Assembly (NCBI RefSeq): GCF_004010195.1
Contig: NC_057718.1
Span: forward strand, 81,792,028 to 81,828,214
Reading direction: 5' to 3'
Length of the DNA: 36,187 bases
Source of the DNA: Chiloscyllium plagiosum
Taxonomy: Eukaryota
Part shown: piece by piece, positions 22,240 through 34,603 of the stretch
Numbering within the stretch: the first letter of the stretch is position 1
How the letters are laid out: each line of letters begins with the position of its first letter
Translations under genes and position numbers: made by a program
The notes under the pieces: generated by a model
Told to the model about the DNA's origin: nothing
The model's database searches: none
Seen by the model: only the letters and a program-made list of their open reading frames with translations

Positions 22240-22900
22240 TCAAACTCATCAGCTCATTGCTGCATGTCATCATCAGACAGTTGAAATGGGGGTGACACAG
22301 CTAGGTTTGGTGATTTGTGTGGCCTCAGGTGAATGGGCAGGCCAATCCTGGAGGCACAGGCCTTGAAGCAGAGAGGACAAGAGATGCCCGAGGGTGGGAG
22401 ATTCGCACACCAGTGTTCTGGTCTCTCCTTACTTCTCCACAGCAGACGTAAAGTGATTAGTTTCCCCCAAATCTTGCAGCTTGTTGGATGATGTGCCACC
22501 CCATGGCATAGCTTGGGGCAAGCTTCTCTCATGTACTGATGTCAATTTGCCCTGTTTTCATGCAGGCCTTCAATGTGTCCTTAAAACACTTGCTCTTTCT
22601 GCCTTGAGTTTGGGTGACATGCTTAAGTTACAATAAAATATTCTACTGATTTTATTAGGCATATGGGTGGTGTGTTCATATTCAGCAAAACTGAAGGCAC
22701 CTGATCATGGTTTCAATCCTGGCGAATTTGGCATGGATGAGGCTGCACCTCTTTCTTCACAATGACCTAGAGCATCTTCAGGAGACCGCATGGATGTCCT
22801 CCACAATTGGGAAATGCCTTTGGAAGATTACCGGAGCCTCCAACTCAAACTGCCAAACCTTCCAAGGGAAATCTATGAGGAAGATGTACTAATGCAGCAA
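22240..22900 (-). mobile_element. RTE-clade LINE 3' fragment, degenerate
   Basis: C-terminal CPLCFKACASRIGLPIHLRPH C2H2-like motif typical of RTE ORF ends. Confidence 0.6.
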
Positions 22901-23098
22901 TGGTATTGTACTGCAAAGTTGGGTAGAGTAATGGTAGGTTGGAAGACAGGAAGTTTGAATTTGGTGTTTGTAAAGTTGTGAAATTATAAAATGGAGAAAG
23001 CATTGTGTGGTCCCTTTAAAAGAAAGTGTTGTTTTTCCTGTGCTGAGAGATTTAAAATGAATGTTTGTGAGCAGCAGCTGGAGAGTCTTTTTTACAAA

Positions 23099-23443
23099 TT
23101 CATTCATGGCATGAGGACATTTCTGGCTAGGCCCAGCATTTATTGCCCATCATTAATTGCCCAGAGGGCATTTAAGAGTCAACAACATTGCTGTGGGTCT
23201 GGAGTCACATGTAGGCCAGACCAGGTAAGGAGGGCAGCTTCCTTCCCTAAAGAAGCTGAGTGAACCAGATGGGTTTTCCCAACAATTACCAATGGATTCA
23301 TGGTCATCGTTAAACTCTTAATTTGTTTTATTGAATTCAAATTCCACCATCTACCGTGACAGGATTTAAACCCAAATCCCCAGAACATGATCTAGGTCTC
23401 TGGATTAACAGTCCAGTGATAATACCACTAGGCCATCACCTCC
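23099..23443 (-). mobile_element. tRNA-derived SINE (LF-SINE-like shark family)
   Basis: Minus head ggaggtgatggcctagtggtattatcactggactgttaatccagagacc with B-box-like gggtttaaatcc; homologous to 31166-31525; (tgaa) tail. Confidence 0.75.
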
Positions 23444-25218
23444 TTCAAAAAGGTGAACAGGGAACACCCGAACGGAAACATTTCTATTGAAAGGCTGTAC
23501 AGGTAGCAGGCCCAAGCAGTAGATTTTACCAAGACAAAAAGCTTTTGAATTTAGCCAATCGATTTGAATCAGGTACTGAGATACCAAAACCTTACTAAAT
23601 TTAAATCTGATGGTTTTGACAACAAAGAATCATTCCTAATTAAGAAATATTGATATGTCATCAAGGCTATAAAAGCAGGCAGCAGTTGGACAAAGACCCC
23701 AGAGCTAACTGCCATTCAGAGCAAATGGCCCTCAGCTCTCGAGAGGGAATCATTGGCTCTCACAGCCTCATTGCCTTAGAGAAAGCACCATCTAAATAAC
23801 TGTACCAACGACAACTAGTGAATACTCCTGACAGAATAATTGACGGAGAAGGCACAGAACTTGGTTATAATTTTGAGAGGCTAAGTTCTATTTTTCTGCA
23901 GTAGGATTGGGACCTGTATTTATTGGAACAGCATACCATTAGAATCTGGTTTCATTCAGGAATAGTCAGTAGTTAAAAGGAATTTATTCTGTTTGTCAAT
24001 TAGTTGATTTGTTCAGAGTTAAAGCTAGATAAGTAAATTGTGATTTGTTGATTTTAAAGTGTCAGAGATTTTTATTTAACTGCTAGAAGTTTCTGAAAAT
24101 CAGGTCACAACACTTTTCACACTTAGATTATAGGACAAGGTGCTTCTGTTTGGTCTTAGTTCTCAGAGTGGGGGATCAACCTCAGCTTTATAACAGTAGT
24201 TTCATCTCTTTTTCCAAGATTTTGGCCTTGAGTTTGTTGGAAGAGTTGGGAAATCCTATTTCCAACACAAACTGGACAATAAAACACATGCTTTTGGAGG
24301 AGGTCTTAAATCAGAACCTCCAGGCCTTCCCACCTGAAGCAGTCTAATCCAGACCCAGGAATTGACTCAGCCAACAGTGGAATGTCAATACTGAAACCAT
24401 GCCCCTACTATTCTACGTTGCAGCCATACTCCAATACTTTAAATGGCCTGAGGGCTCTTGTAGCACCATGGTCATGTCCTTACCTCTGGGCCAGAAGACT
24501 CACCTGCTCCAGAGGTGAGACATCATCTTTGAACAGGTTGACTAAAACAAATACTTCAATGATCCACTCTATAAATTGTAGGATTGAGTTTAAAAAAAAA
24601 TGATTAAAGATGCTGAATCTGCTTGATGGCTGCTGAGAGAAGGGAACTATGTGCAGTGAGTGGTGCCCAGTCTCTGGGGTGTACTGGTTACTTTGCTCAT
24701 CTTTCACTGGATAGCTTCCTGGTTCAAAACTAGACATTTGTTCAAATCTCCAGTTCAGCGTCCCTATATTAAGACCAGATGTGTCAGGTAAGTGGCAGAG
24801 GGAGTAAAGTGTCAGATGGGGTGAGGAAATATAGTTGGATGGAAGGGTTGAAGTCGAGGGTGATTCCTCTCAAGGTTGATCAGTGATTCGCAAGCATTGC
24901 TGTGGATTTTACTGGTGAGCCTATTACAAGAGGGAATCAGTCTGTGATCTGAGGAGCAGCCTGAGGCCTGTGACAGCGCTTCTGGGAAAAGCAGACTTTT
25001 AGCATTTAAGGGGAAGGAGATAGAGTTGTACTAGAGAAGGCAGCAATGAGAATCTGCCAAAGGTGAACAGCAAGTTGGGCCATGACAATGAAAGTGCAGG
25101 ACTAGGCAGGATGCAAAGTCATCCCACAAACTTTTATTCAAATACATTTTATTCATAAGAAATCACCTTGTACCAAATTGCATTCAAGTCTGAAAAAAAC
25201 ATTTGGCCACTTTCATTT

Positions 25219-25322
25219 TGAAATTACTGCATAGAGACCAGTATTCCATCGCCAAATCATGCACAGTACGACCAGCCAGCTGAGTCAGTCCCCTGAACCA
25301 GGGAGATTAATCTCTTGGTTAT
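25219..25322 (-). repeat. Distal part of the Gypsy 3' LTR
   Basis: tgaaattactgca...cacagtac...accagccagctgagtcagtcccctgaaccagggag aligns to 30025-30155. Confidence 0.75.
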
Positions 25323-26680
25323 AATATTTTAGTAAACAAATTACAAAACAGTTTACGTTTACAGCTATATACAACAGCAATTTTACAAGAGAGAGGAGCA
25401 GCAAAGCTAGGCCCCAAACCCTACCATTCAACCAGTTTACAGGGAATGAGGACAAACCTCAAATCCCCATTCCACATATAAAAGACATCAAACATTTGTA
25501 CGTGAAAAGCTAATCCAGTTACATAAACACAGTGCATACAATACAGACCCAGCAAGCCCCCATCCCTCCCACCTTCCGGCCACTCTAAGGCAGCCCACCC
25601 CTACATACCTTCCAGCTCTGTCCACCTCATGCCCCTTCTAGTTCTCAGTCCACCCTGACACACCTATCGACCACCTCTAGGACATCCCATCTCGATTACC
25701 CCTTCTCAGGACAACAGCGCTCAGAACAGCCTACCCACCATCTGGCTCTCAGGGCAACTGGCATCAGGGGGTGGCCTACCCACCCTCTGGCTTTCAGGAC
25801 AGCTTACCAACCTTCACGTTCACAGGATGGCCTACCCACCCTCCAGCTCTCTGGGTGACAGTTTTCAGGACGACCCATGAGCCTCCCAGCTCACAGTAAG
25901 GCCTGTTAGACCCAGGGACTCAAGACAGTGCAGGTGATAGACCCAACAAACACCACAATACAGTTAATTACCAAAAAAACAGTCCAGATATAGAGTCTTC
26001 AAAATGTAGAGTCCATTCTCAGGAATGGAGTCCACTCCAGTTTGAGGTGCATTATCCAAAATGGAATCCACAAACTGCAGAGTCCACTCCTGAAGGCAGC
26101 AAATGCACAGCACCAGGTGTTCAGTCTCCATGGAGTCCTGGCCCAGCCTTGGAAAACTAGGCCTACTCACAGGAACAGTACATTGTACAGGTGCAGTTAA
26201 CTCATAGGAGTTTGGTCCACTCCTGAAGGAAAGGTCTTCTCCCAAACTCCAGGATACAGCAAGTACTCACCTCCCAGCACACATACAGGTGTTCAATCTT
26301 CAGAGGCCCAGTCCCAGGGCTAGGCCTCCCCACTGGAACAGCTCCTCTGGTAAAATGCCTGTCTTCCACAAAGGCTCAGTCCAAACACCAAAAACAGCGA
26401 GGATACATACAAAAAACAAAGGAAACTAGAGTCCAAGGGCTAAGCCCTACCACAAAATTAACATTGTCCTTTTCTCAGAGTAAAAAGAGTAACACACAGG
26501 CCGTAACCAGCCAGTGAAACAACAATCCCCTGATGAAAACTGAGTTACACCTGAAACACATTATGTGCATCAGGAGTTTAACAATCAGTCCTCACTAAAA
26601 GGAATGCCAGTTAACAAACTGGCTAAATAATACAGCCAATTCAGGAATCAGGTTTTTCCCCCCCTCCAAAAAAAAAGGAA
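25323..26680 (-). mobile_element. About 1.35-kb non-coding poly(A)-type element inserted in the Gypsy 3' LTR
   Basis: Its 3' ~290 bp is the reverse complement of 26704-27000; internal gcctacccacc repeats at 25725-25860; no recognisable ORF; 5' boundary approximate. Confidence 0.55.
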
Positions 26681-26703
26681 GCAGACACTAACAGTAACAC
26701 CAG

Positions 26704-27020
26704 AGGTGGGTAGGGGCGGGCTGCCTTAGAGTGGTTGGAAGGTGGGAGGGATGGGGGCTTGCTGGGTCTGTATTGTCTGCACTTTGTATGTAACAGTATT
26801 GTCTAATGTACAAATGTCATTGTCACTGTCTTGCCATAAGTGGAACTGGGATTTGAGGTTTGTCCTCATCTCCCTGTAAAACGGTTGGGGTTTGGGGCCT
26901 AGCTTTGTTGCTCCTCTCCCTTGTAACATTGCTGTCTCTTATGTACAGCTGTAAATGTTTTTTGTAAACTGTTTGTTTGTAATGTGTTTAATAAAATATA
27001 AATATAAACAGGGAAAAAAA
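26704..27020 (+). mobile_element. 5'-truncated retroposed copy of the same element with 14-bp TSD
   Basis: AATAAA near 26990, A-run, and AACAGTAACACCAG at 26690-26703 and 27021-27034. Confidence 0.8.
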
Positions 27021-27179
27021 AACAGTAACACCAGCCAGCACAGAGTCAGTCCTCTGAACCAGGGAGTTTGTAATCTCTTGGTTCTATTGGTCAGACAGGG
27101 TTTTCCTGATTGGGATTGTTAACCTGGGCCGATCAACAACCTCATAGTTAATGAGGTTAACCTGCTTTCAATCACAACA
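27021..27179 (-). repeat. Proximal part of the Gypsy 3' LTR
   Basis: Begins TGTTGTGATTGAAAGCAG right after the PPT; aligns to 30100-30250. Confidence 0.8.
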
Positions 27180-27299
27180 TCCCTCCCCATCCCCAAGTCC
27201 AGGGATGAAAGCATAGTCTTTCTCTCGTAGCTTTTAGCTGTGAGGTTATCACCCCAAGTCCAGTTCCGCTGATTCAGACTCTGACACAGACATCATGTA

Positions 27300-29957
27300 C
27301 CAAACCATAGTCCGTCTCTTGCATCCATAGGACCTTGTGAGAATTTCATCCTCTTCTTCAGCCAGTAACGGTATCAAGGCTTTACTCAGGGCAATCACCC
27401 TTGCTCCCCACTGTAAAATGCTGTCCTCTACAGTGATCCAGTCTCACTGGGCCAGAAAGTTTTCAATCCTGATTGCGATGGCCCTTCTATACCCCCTATT
27501 ACCACCAGCTGTTTCAGTTTCACTTGTGCAGGATCTTCTTGTGTTCACAGTTGGATATTGTCACCGGTGCCTGGACGTATGTCAAGGAAGTTCAAAACCA
27601 AAAGGAATGTTCCGGGGAGGCACCACTGGTGGAATATCTGCCAGTGGGAGGCTGCTCAAGGTATCTGCATTAGTCATTTTGGCTTCCTGGATAATGTTCT
27701 AATTTGTACTTGTATGCACTGAGACTAAGGGCCTACACTGAATTCTACCAGAAGCTGTGGGTGTCACCACCTTGTCTTTCTTCAGTAGGCCTAGCAGGCT
27801 TTGTGATCCGTAACTATCACAAACTCCCATCTATAAAGATACTAGTGGAACCTCTGCACATCAAAGATGACCTCCAAACCTTCCTTCTCTATCTGGGTAT
27901 ATTTGCTTTCGGCATCAGCCAATGTCTGGGAAGCAGACGCTATCGGGTGTAGCTCTCCATTGGGCCACCGGTGAGCCAACACCACCCTGATACCATACGG
28001 GGAGGCATCGCATGTCAGCACTACCTCTCGCTTCTGATGGTAGTGATCAACACCTTAGATGGCAATAGCTGCATTTTCACTTTCCTAAATGCTACTTCTT
28101 GGCTGTGTGGCCACTTCCCTGTTTCAGGTGTAAGGGTGCCAAGATGGAGGCCAGGTTATGTATGAGTTTTCCATAATAATTCACAAACCCCAGGAAAGAC
28201 CAAAGCTCCGATACAGACCTGGGAGCTGGGGCTCCTTTGATTGCTCTCAATTTCTCTTCCAAATGGTGTAACTCAGTTTTGTCGACTCTGTAACCCAAGT
28301 AGGTCACTTGGGGGCACCCAAAACATACCATTTCACCTTCTAAGGTGTACGCCTGCCTGGGAGCACTTAAGCACTATGTCCTAGTCCTTCAAGTGCTCTT
28401 TATTGGCCTTCCCAGTTATTAGTACATCATCCAGATAAATGGCAACCTGAGGTACCCCTTGTAAAATGTTCTCCATGGTCGCTGGAAAAGGGCACAGGCT
28501 GGTGATACCCCAAATGGCAGTTGTGTATACTGATCTCAACACTGATGGGTATTAATCGTAGCATACTTCTGGAACTCCTCATCCAGTTACAATTGCAGGT
28601 AAGCGTGGCTTATGTCCGGTTTTCTAAAAGATAGCCAATCCCCACCAACTCTGCATACAAGTCCTCTTTGAGAGGGATCAGTTGTTTATCCAGCTGTGAG
28701 AAGCGGTTTACCATTTGCTTTAAAATCCCCACAAGGGCAAACTGAGCCCTCAGGCTTCAGTATTGGTATGACCAGTGCTGCCTGTTCTACAAACTACCCT
28801 GGTTGATGATTATTTCGTTCTTCAGCCTCCTGATTTCTGCCTCTACTTTTACCCACACGGGAAATGGCACCAGGTGGGCCTTGAAAAATCTTGGAATTTC
28901 TTCCTGGTCAACATGTACTGTGGCTTTGGGCCCTTTGATAGTTCCAAACCCTTCCTGAAAAATGCCTGGGTATTTCACTAGGACTTCACTGAGGCAGCCA
29001 TTTTCCAATCGAAAACTTTTGAGCCAATCCAGGTGACTCTTTCTCAACCAATTCCACCCCAATAGGCCTGGGCCTGAACCTTTTACTACCATCACTGGTT
29101 ACTGCACCAACTGCTTCTCATTGGAGACTGGAGCTGAAGTCATACCCTTAACCTGCACTGGTTCCCCAGTGTATGTCCTCAGTTCGGCTGAAGTCTTGTA
29201 CCAGCTTAAGGGTTAGAGTCCTGAGCGAATTTTGTGAAAGACAGATTCGCAATCACAGGTACAGCTATGCCAGTATCGAACTCTGTGGGAACTGAGTGAC
29301 CATTTAACCAAATGTTAATTTTGATCAGTTCTGGTTTGGATGTTGCTCAGCAATTTAATTGTTCTGACCCACGTGTAAGGGGACTTTCCAGGGTTTGCAC
29401 TCTCCTGAGTACCAGCCTACGAGTTTTGTTACCCAAGTCAGGCCTTGCAGGGCTCTTTTGCTGTCTCTAGTGACAAGACCAGTTGCAGTGCCTGTTTGAA
29501 GTCCAGTTGGGCATCAGCTAGTAGGCATTTCTGAATGGTTATGTCATTAATCCCACATACCAAATGGTCACTCAGCATCTCACTCAGAATTATCCCAAAG
29601 TCACATGCCTCTGCCTGTCCTCTCAAACATGTCAAAAATCTTGGTATGGATTTCTCCTGGTTCTCTAACAGCCAAATAAAACCGACAACGTCTCAGAATT
29701 AGAGGACATTTGGGATCATCATACGCCTTAACCAACACCATCAGCTTTTGGAGGGTTTTAGTGTCTGGCGCCTCTGGGAATGTTAAGCCCCTTATAATTG
29801 AAAATGCTGCGAGTCTTCAAGCAGTCAGAAGGATTACTTGTTGCTTTTCATCTGTCTCAGTGTCACTTGCCCGAAATAAAAATCACATTCTTTCCACATA
29901 CTGGGCCCAGTCTTTGACAGCAGGATGAACTGAGTCAAGCTTGTCAATTAGAGGCAT
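27300..29957 (-). pseudogene. Gypsy gag-pol remnant (gag, protease, RT, RNase H; integrase largely missing)
   Basis: MPLIDKLD..DWAQYVER; ACDFG...DHLVCGIND (gag); EFDTG (protease); LLGWNWL; IYLDDVL near 28430; YLGY; SFLGFVNYY; TCDASPYG (RNase H). Many stops. Confidence 0.85.
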
Positions 29958-30024
29958 AAAGCTAGAAATACTAACCCCAACAACTGCTGTTGTTCAGGCG
30001 CTTTCTGTTTTCTCCCGTCACCAC

Positions 30025-30250
30025 TAAAATAACTGCACTGAGGTTGGTACCCCGTCACCAAGTCACCCTTTGTTTACTTGTACACAGTACACTGGCTGTG
30101 ACCAGCCAGCTAGGAGTCAGTCTCCTGAACAGAGAAGATTCTAATCTTCTGGTTATTTTGGTCAGAGAGTGCTTTCCTGATCGGCCCAGGTTAACAACCG
30201 CAAACAATGACCCCATAGTCAATGAGGTCTATCTGCTTCCAATCACGACA
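30025..30250 (-). repeat. Gypsy 5' LTR (226 bp, uninterrupted)
   Basis: TGT start, followed by PBS-like sequence and gag; homologous to the 3' LTR pieces. Confidence 0.85.
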
Positions 30251-30539
30251 CATTTCAATGTGAAATCTTTGCTGGTGGAGCACCAGTGCTGGTGGAAACT
30301 TGAGTAGCTCAAAGCCTCATGCATTATTTTCTCGAAGTTAAAGAAGGCAGTGTTAGACTATCAGAGTGAGAGGGATAATAGAGACTTGGGTGGGTGTGGA
30401 AGAGAGGGAGAGAGAGGGGTGACAGAGGAAGAGAGTAAGTGATAAGAGTGCGGGAAAGGGAAAAGGGAAACAGGCTGAGAGGAAGAAACCCCAACCTGTA
30501 AGTCAGCTCACTTCCAAGGCAAAAATCAGCTTGGTTAGA

Positions 30540-30751
30540 GACAAAAAAAACTGCAGATGCTGGAATCCAAAGTAGACAAGTTAGAGGTTGGAGGAAGACA
30601 GCAAGCCAGACAGCATCAGGAGTTGAAGAAGTAGACATTTCAGGTGTAACCCTTCTTCAGGCCCTGAAGAAGGGTTATACCTGAAACTTTGGCTTGTCCA
30701 CCTCCTGATGCTGCCTGGCTTGCTGTGTTCTTCCAGCCTCCTGCCTGTCTA
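30540..30751. mobile_element. Penelope-like palindrome (arms about 90 bp, centre 30662)
   Basis: ...tttcaggtgtaacccttcttcagg c cctgaagaagggttatacctgaaa...; outer arms tagaca..cagcaagccagacagcatcaggag / ctcctgatgctgcctggcttgctg..tgtcta. Confidence 0.75.
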
Positions 30752-31165
30752 GTTATTATTGATCTTTGCTGCTTGAACATTTTAATTATCAGTTCTATTA
30801 ATTATTCATTTAAGTTATCAATTTATTGCTGTTGATTTTTTATTTTGATGAATCTCCTGTTTACAGCAGTGGCAACCGTTATCTTTCTGAAATCTGCTAG
30901 AAAAGCTAGATCCTGCTCTAGCTATTCTTGGCTTTGAAGGAAAGAAAGTTGGAACCCTGCGAAGTCTCCAACTCTAACTTGAGTGCTAAGAAATCTTTCG
31001 GAAGATTCCAGATAACTGCCCATCAGAAAATTCAACTCTCCTGCCAACTTCCACTAGGTAGGTGCATCAGGATCTCTTGGCATTCATTTTCCAGGATACA
31101 TCCTGTCTCTGACTACCTGAAGATAGCAGGATGCAGGCCTGTTTGTGGTGCTGAGGTTTAATCTA

Positions 31166-31525
31166 GGGGGAGAGAACTGTTTAGTGGCATTATCGCTCGA
31201 CTGTTAATCCAGAGACCTAGGGATATTCCAGGGACCCAGATGTGAATTACACCATGGTAGGGTGGTGGAATTTGAATTCAATAAAAACAAAATCTGTAAT
31301 TAAGAAATGCGTGATGACCGTGAATCCATTGTTGATTGCTGGAAAAGACCCTTTTGGTCACCAATGCAATTTAGGGAAGGAAACTGCTGCCCATGTCTGA
31401 TCCAGCCTACCTGTGACTCCAGACCCACAACAATGTGGTGAACGTTAGCTGCCTTCTGGGCAATTAGGGATGGGCGACAAATACTGGCCGAGCCAGCAAA
31501 ACCCTCGTCCTGTAAATGAATTCAT
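31166..31525 (+). mobile_element. tRNA-derived SINE, same family as 23099-23443
   Basis: tagtggcattatcgctcgactgttaatccagagacc...ggtggaatttgaattcaataaaa...gtgactccagacccaca...gggcaattagggatgggc. Confidence 0.75.
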
Positions 31526-31753
31526 TATTTTAATATAGGCATCATTTTAACAGGTTGATATCTTCACAAAAATAGCAAACCATGGAATGTCATCCAAAAT
31601 TGCTAAATATTCATATTGTCGATGCTAATTTTCAACCCCTGAAAGGTCAATGAGATAACAACTCAGTTTACAACCTGTATTTTTTCTACCATTTCTGAGA
31701 CATTGGAGCAGTAACACCCAATACAGACATACACACTTCCACATGGAGGGAGC

Positions 31754-33212
31754 CTTAAGGAGAAATTGTGGATGCGTTGGTGATTATTTTCCAGAGTTCG
31801 ATAGATTCGGGATCAGTTCCTGCGGATTGGAGGGTGGCTAATGTTGTACCACTTTTTAAGAAAGGAGCGAGAGAGAAAATAGGAAATTATAGACCAGTTA
31901 GTCTGACCTCAGTGGTGGGAAAGATGCTGGAGTCTATTATAAAGGATGAAATTACGACACATCTGGATAGTAGTAACAGGATAGGTCAGAGTCAGCATGG
32001 ATTTATGAAGGGGAAATCATGCTTGACTAATCTTCTGGAATTTTTTGAGGATGTAACTCTGAAGATGGATGAGGGAGAACCAATAGATGTAGTATACCTG
32101 GACTTTCAGAAAGGTTTTGATAAAGTCCCACATAGGAGGTTAGTGAGCAAAATTAGGGCGCATGGTATTGGGGGCAAAGTACTAACTTGGATTGACCAGT
32201 GGGGTACCGCAGGGATCAGTACTGGGACCGCAGCTTTTTACAATATATGTTAATGATATAGAAGATGGTATTAGCAATAACATTAGCAAATTTGCTGATG
32301 ATACTAAGCTGGGTGACAGGGTGAAATGTGATGAGGATGTTAGGAGATTACAGGGTGACCTGGACAAGTTAGGTGAGTGGTCAGATGCATGGCAGATGCA
32401 GCTTAATGTGGATAACTGTATGGTTATCCACTTTGGTGGCAAGAACAGGAAGGCAGATTACTACCTAAATGGAATCAATTTAGGTAAAGAGGCAGTACAG
32501 AGAGATCTGGGTGTTCTTGTACACCAGTCAATGAAAGTAAGCATGCAGGTACAGCAGGTAGTGAAGAAGGCTAATAGCATGCTGGCCTTCATGACAAGAG
32601 GGATTGAGTATAGAAGCAAAGAGGTTCTTCTGCAGCTGTATAGGGCCCTGGTGAGACCACACCTGGAGTACTGTGTGCAGTTCTGGTCTCCAAATTTGAG
32701 GAAAGACATTCTGGCTATTGAGGGAGTGCAGCGTAGGTTCATGAGGTCAATTCCTGGAATGGCGGGATTACCTTACACTGAAAGACTGGATGAATGGACT
32801 TGTATACCCTTGAGTTTAGAAGACTGAGAGGGGATCTGATTGAGACATAAGATTACGAAAGGATAGGACAATCTGGAGGCAGGAAACATGTTTCCGCTGA
32901 TGGGTGAGTGCCGAACCAGAGGACACAGCTTAAAAATACGGGGTAGACCATTTAGGACAGAGATGAGGAGAAACTTCTTCACCCAGAGAGTGGTGGCTGT
33001 GTGGAATGCTCTGCCCCAGAGGGCAGTGGAGGCCCAGTCTCTGAATTCATTTAAGAAAGAGTTGGATAGAGCTCTCAAGGATAGTGGAATCAAGGGTGAT
33101 GGAGATAAGGCAGGAACAGGATACTGATTAAGGATGATCAACCATGATCATATTGAATAGTGGTGCAGGCTCGAATGGCAGAATGGCCTACTCCTGCACC
33201 TATTGTCTATTG
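31754..33212 (+). mobile_element. CR1/HER1-like LINE, 5'-truncated, relatively young RT plus tail
   Basis: DWRVANVVPLFKKG, NYRPVSLTS, QHGF, YLDFQKGFDKVPH, SGVPQGSVLGP, KFADDTKL; short deletion with frameshift near 32192; tail cctattgtctattg. Confidence 0.95.
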
Positions 33213-34387
33213 ATATTCCTAATTTCATTCTCTCACTTAAATGGAAGAAATCCTTTGAGCTCGGACCAGTTTGAACATTGATCCATTTCACTGATCAGCC
33301 TGGGGAGTGGAAGTGAGTCAGGCAAACAGGAGAGTAGGAATGAGGTTTTTGGACCTGGAAAGGGTTGGTTCCAGCATTCTCTTTAAGAAGCAGACAGTGG
33401 CAGCTCATTAACAAATTATGCAAATAAAGTCCAAGTTTCAAGGGGTGTTCATCTTCCCAGCGACTAATTTCTACCCCCACGTGTTTGTTCCTGGATGGAA
33501 AATATATTACTGGTTAAAAAGAAAATCCTTTTTGTGCTGTTTGTAATCCATTGATTGACATGTTTGATTGAAACTTCCCTGCTGCAATAATTGTCAAAAG
33601 TTACTGTAGGAATCTCACCTCCTACGAGTTAACTGATGCATTAATAATAGCAGACACAGGGTGTCTTAGCTGAGCTGGAGAAGTCAAGCTCCATCAGAAA
33701 ATGATGGTGACACTTAGTGAGATTTCTCCTTGACAATTAGGACAGGATATTGACAGAATGCTTCTACCTTGCACAGCTTCAGGTTGACATAGGCAATTAA
33801 GAGGAACGAAGCCAAGTCAATTCCCTGATGAATGAATGTCTGTTGTCTTTGGAGAGCTGACTGCTCCAGACAGCCAATGTAATTATATTCTCCTGTACCT
33901 TCTAATGACCATTTCTGTCATTTAGTTACACATGGCAGCTGGGAATCTGAGTTGCCTGTGACACTGAAATACCTTAGAGTATCAACAATTTACATTTATG
34001 TGGTGCCACCTCAGGTCCCACCTCTGGAAAGAACAGGTTAGAGGTGGGCTTAGGGCCACTCTAATTCAAGACTCTCTCATTTTGCTTCCAGTCCCACACC
34101 CAAACCGTTCTCTGCAGGATCAGGAAAATTCAGCCACCGAATTCAAATTTCATCATGACAAAAAGCTGAACAACTGGAAACAGGGTCAGGAGAATTGGCC
34201 TGATTTTAACCCTGTGCCAGAGTTTGAATTTTGAATGAATTAAAATCTCACCAATACATAGGCTAGTAATTTCATAGGCAGGATGACATCCTGAAACAAT
34301 CTGTGTTGGGGCCCCAATTATTTGTAATATTCATTAATGCCTTATATGATGGAATAGAAACCCCCTCGTCCAAGGTCACAAAGATAT

Positions 34388-34537
34388 GATGTGGAGGAGC
34401 TGGTGTTGGACTGGGATGGACAAAGTTAAAAATCACACAACACTACGTTACAGTGCATCAGGTTTGTTTGGAAGCTAGTACTTCCAAAAAAACCTGTTGG
34501 ATTATAACCTGATGTTGTGTGGTTTTTAACTTTGTCA
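34388..34537. mobile_element. Penelope-like palindrome (related to 2732-2920) inside an old CR1 RT fragment
   Basis: gatgtggaggagctggtgttggactgg..gacaaagttaaaaatcacacaaca / tgttgtgtggtttttaactttgtc; left flank reads SVLGPQLFVIFIN. Confidence 0.65.
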
Positions 34538-34603
34538 CAAATTAGGCAACAATATATTAATATTGCTGGAAACTTAAGACATACAGGCAAAAGTGTGGCT
34601 CAT

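Larger units (their letters stand above)
25219..30250 (-). mobile_element. Gypsy LTR retrotransposon, decayed, with 5-bp TSD CATTT
   Basis: 5' LTR 30025-30250 (TGT start), PBS-like GTGGTGACGGGAG 30012-30024, PPT GGGGAGGGA 27180-27188, split 3' LTR ending CA at 25219; CATTT at 25214-25218 and 30251-30255. Confidence 0.85.

Noticed and set aside
22975..24195. Solo LTR (TATAAAA near 23669, ending ...ACA); similarly 19650-20450
   Set aside because: LTR-like in feel, but I could not establish a TSD or a second copy.
26530..26560. ctgatga...gaaac as a hammerhead
   Set aside because: The intervening sequence forms no helix II adjacent to GAAA and there is no suitable cleavage triplet.
25323..27020. 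DNA transposon with ~290-bp terminal inverted repeats
   Set aside because: The right arm has its own AATAAA, A-run and 14-bp TSD, so it is a separate retroposed copy.
30370..30490. GA-rich tract and ORF 30324-30638
   Set aside because: Low-complexity sequence without coding signal.
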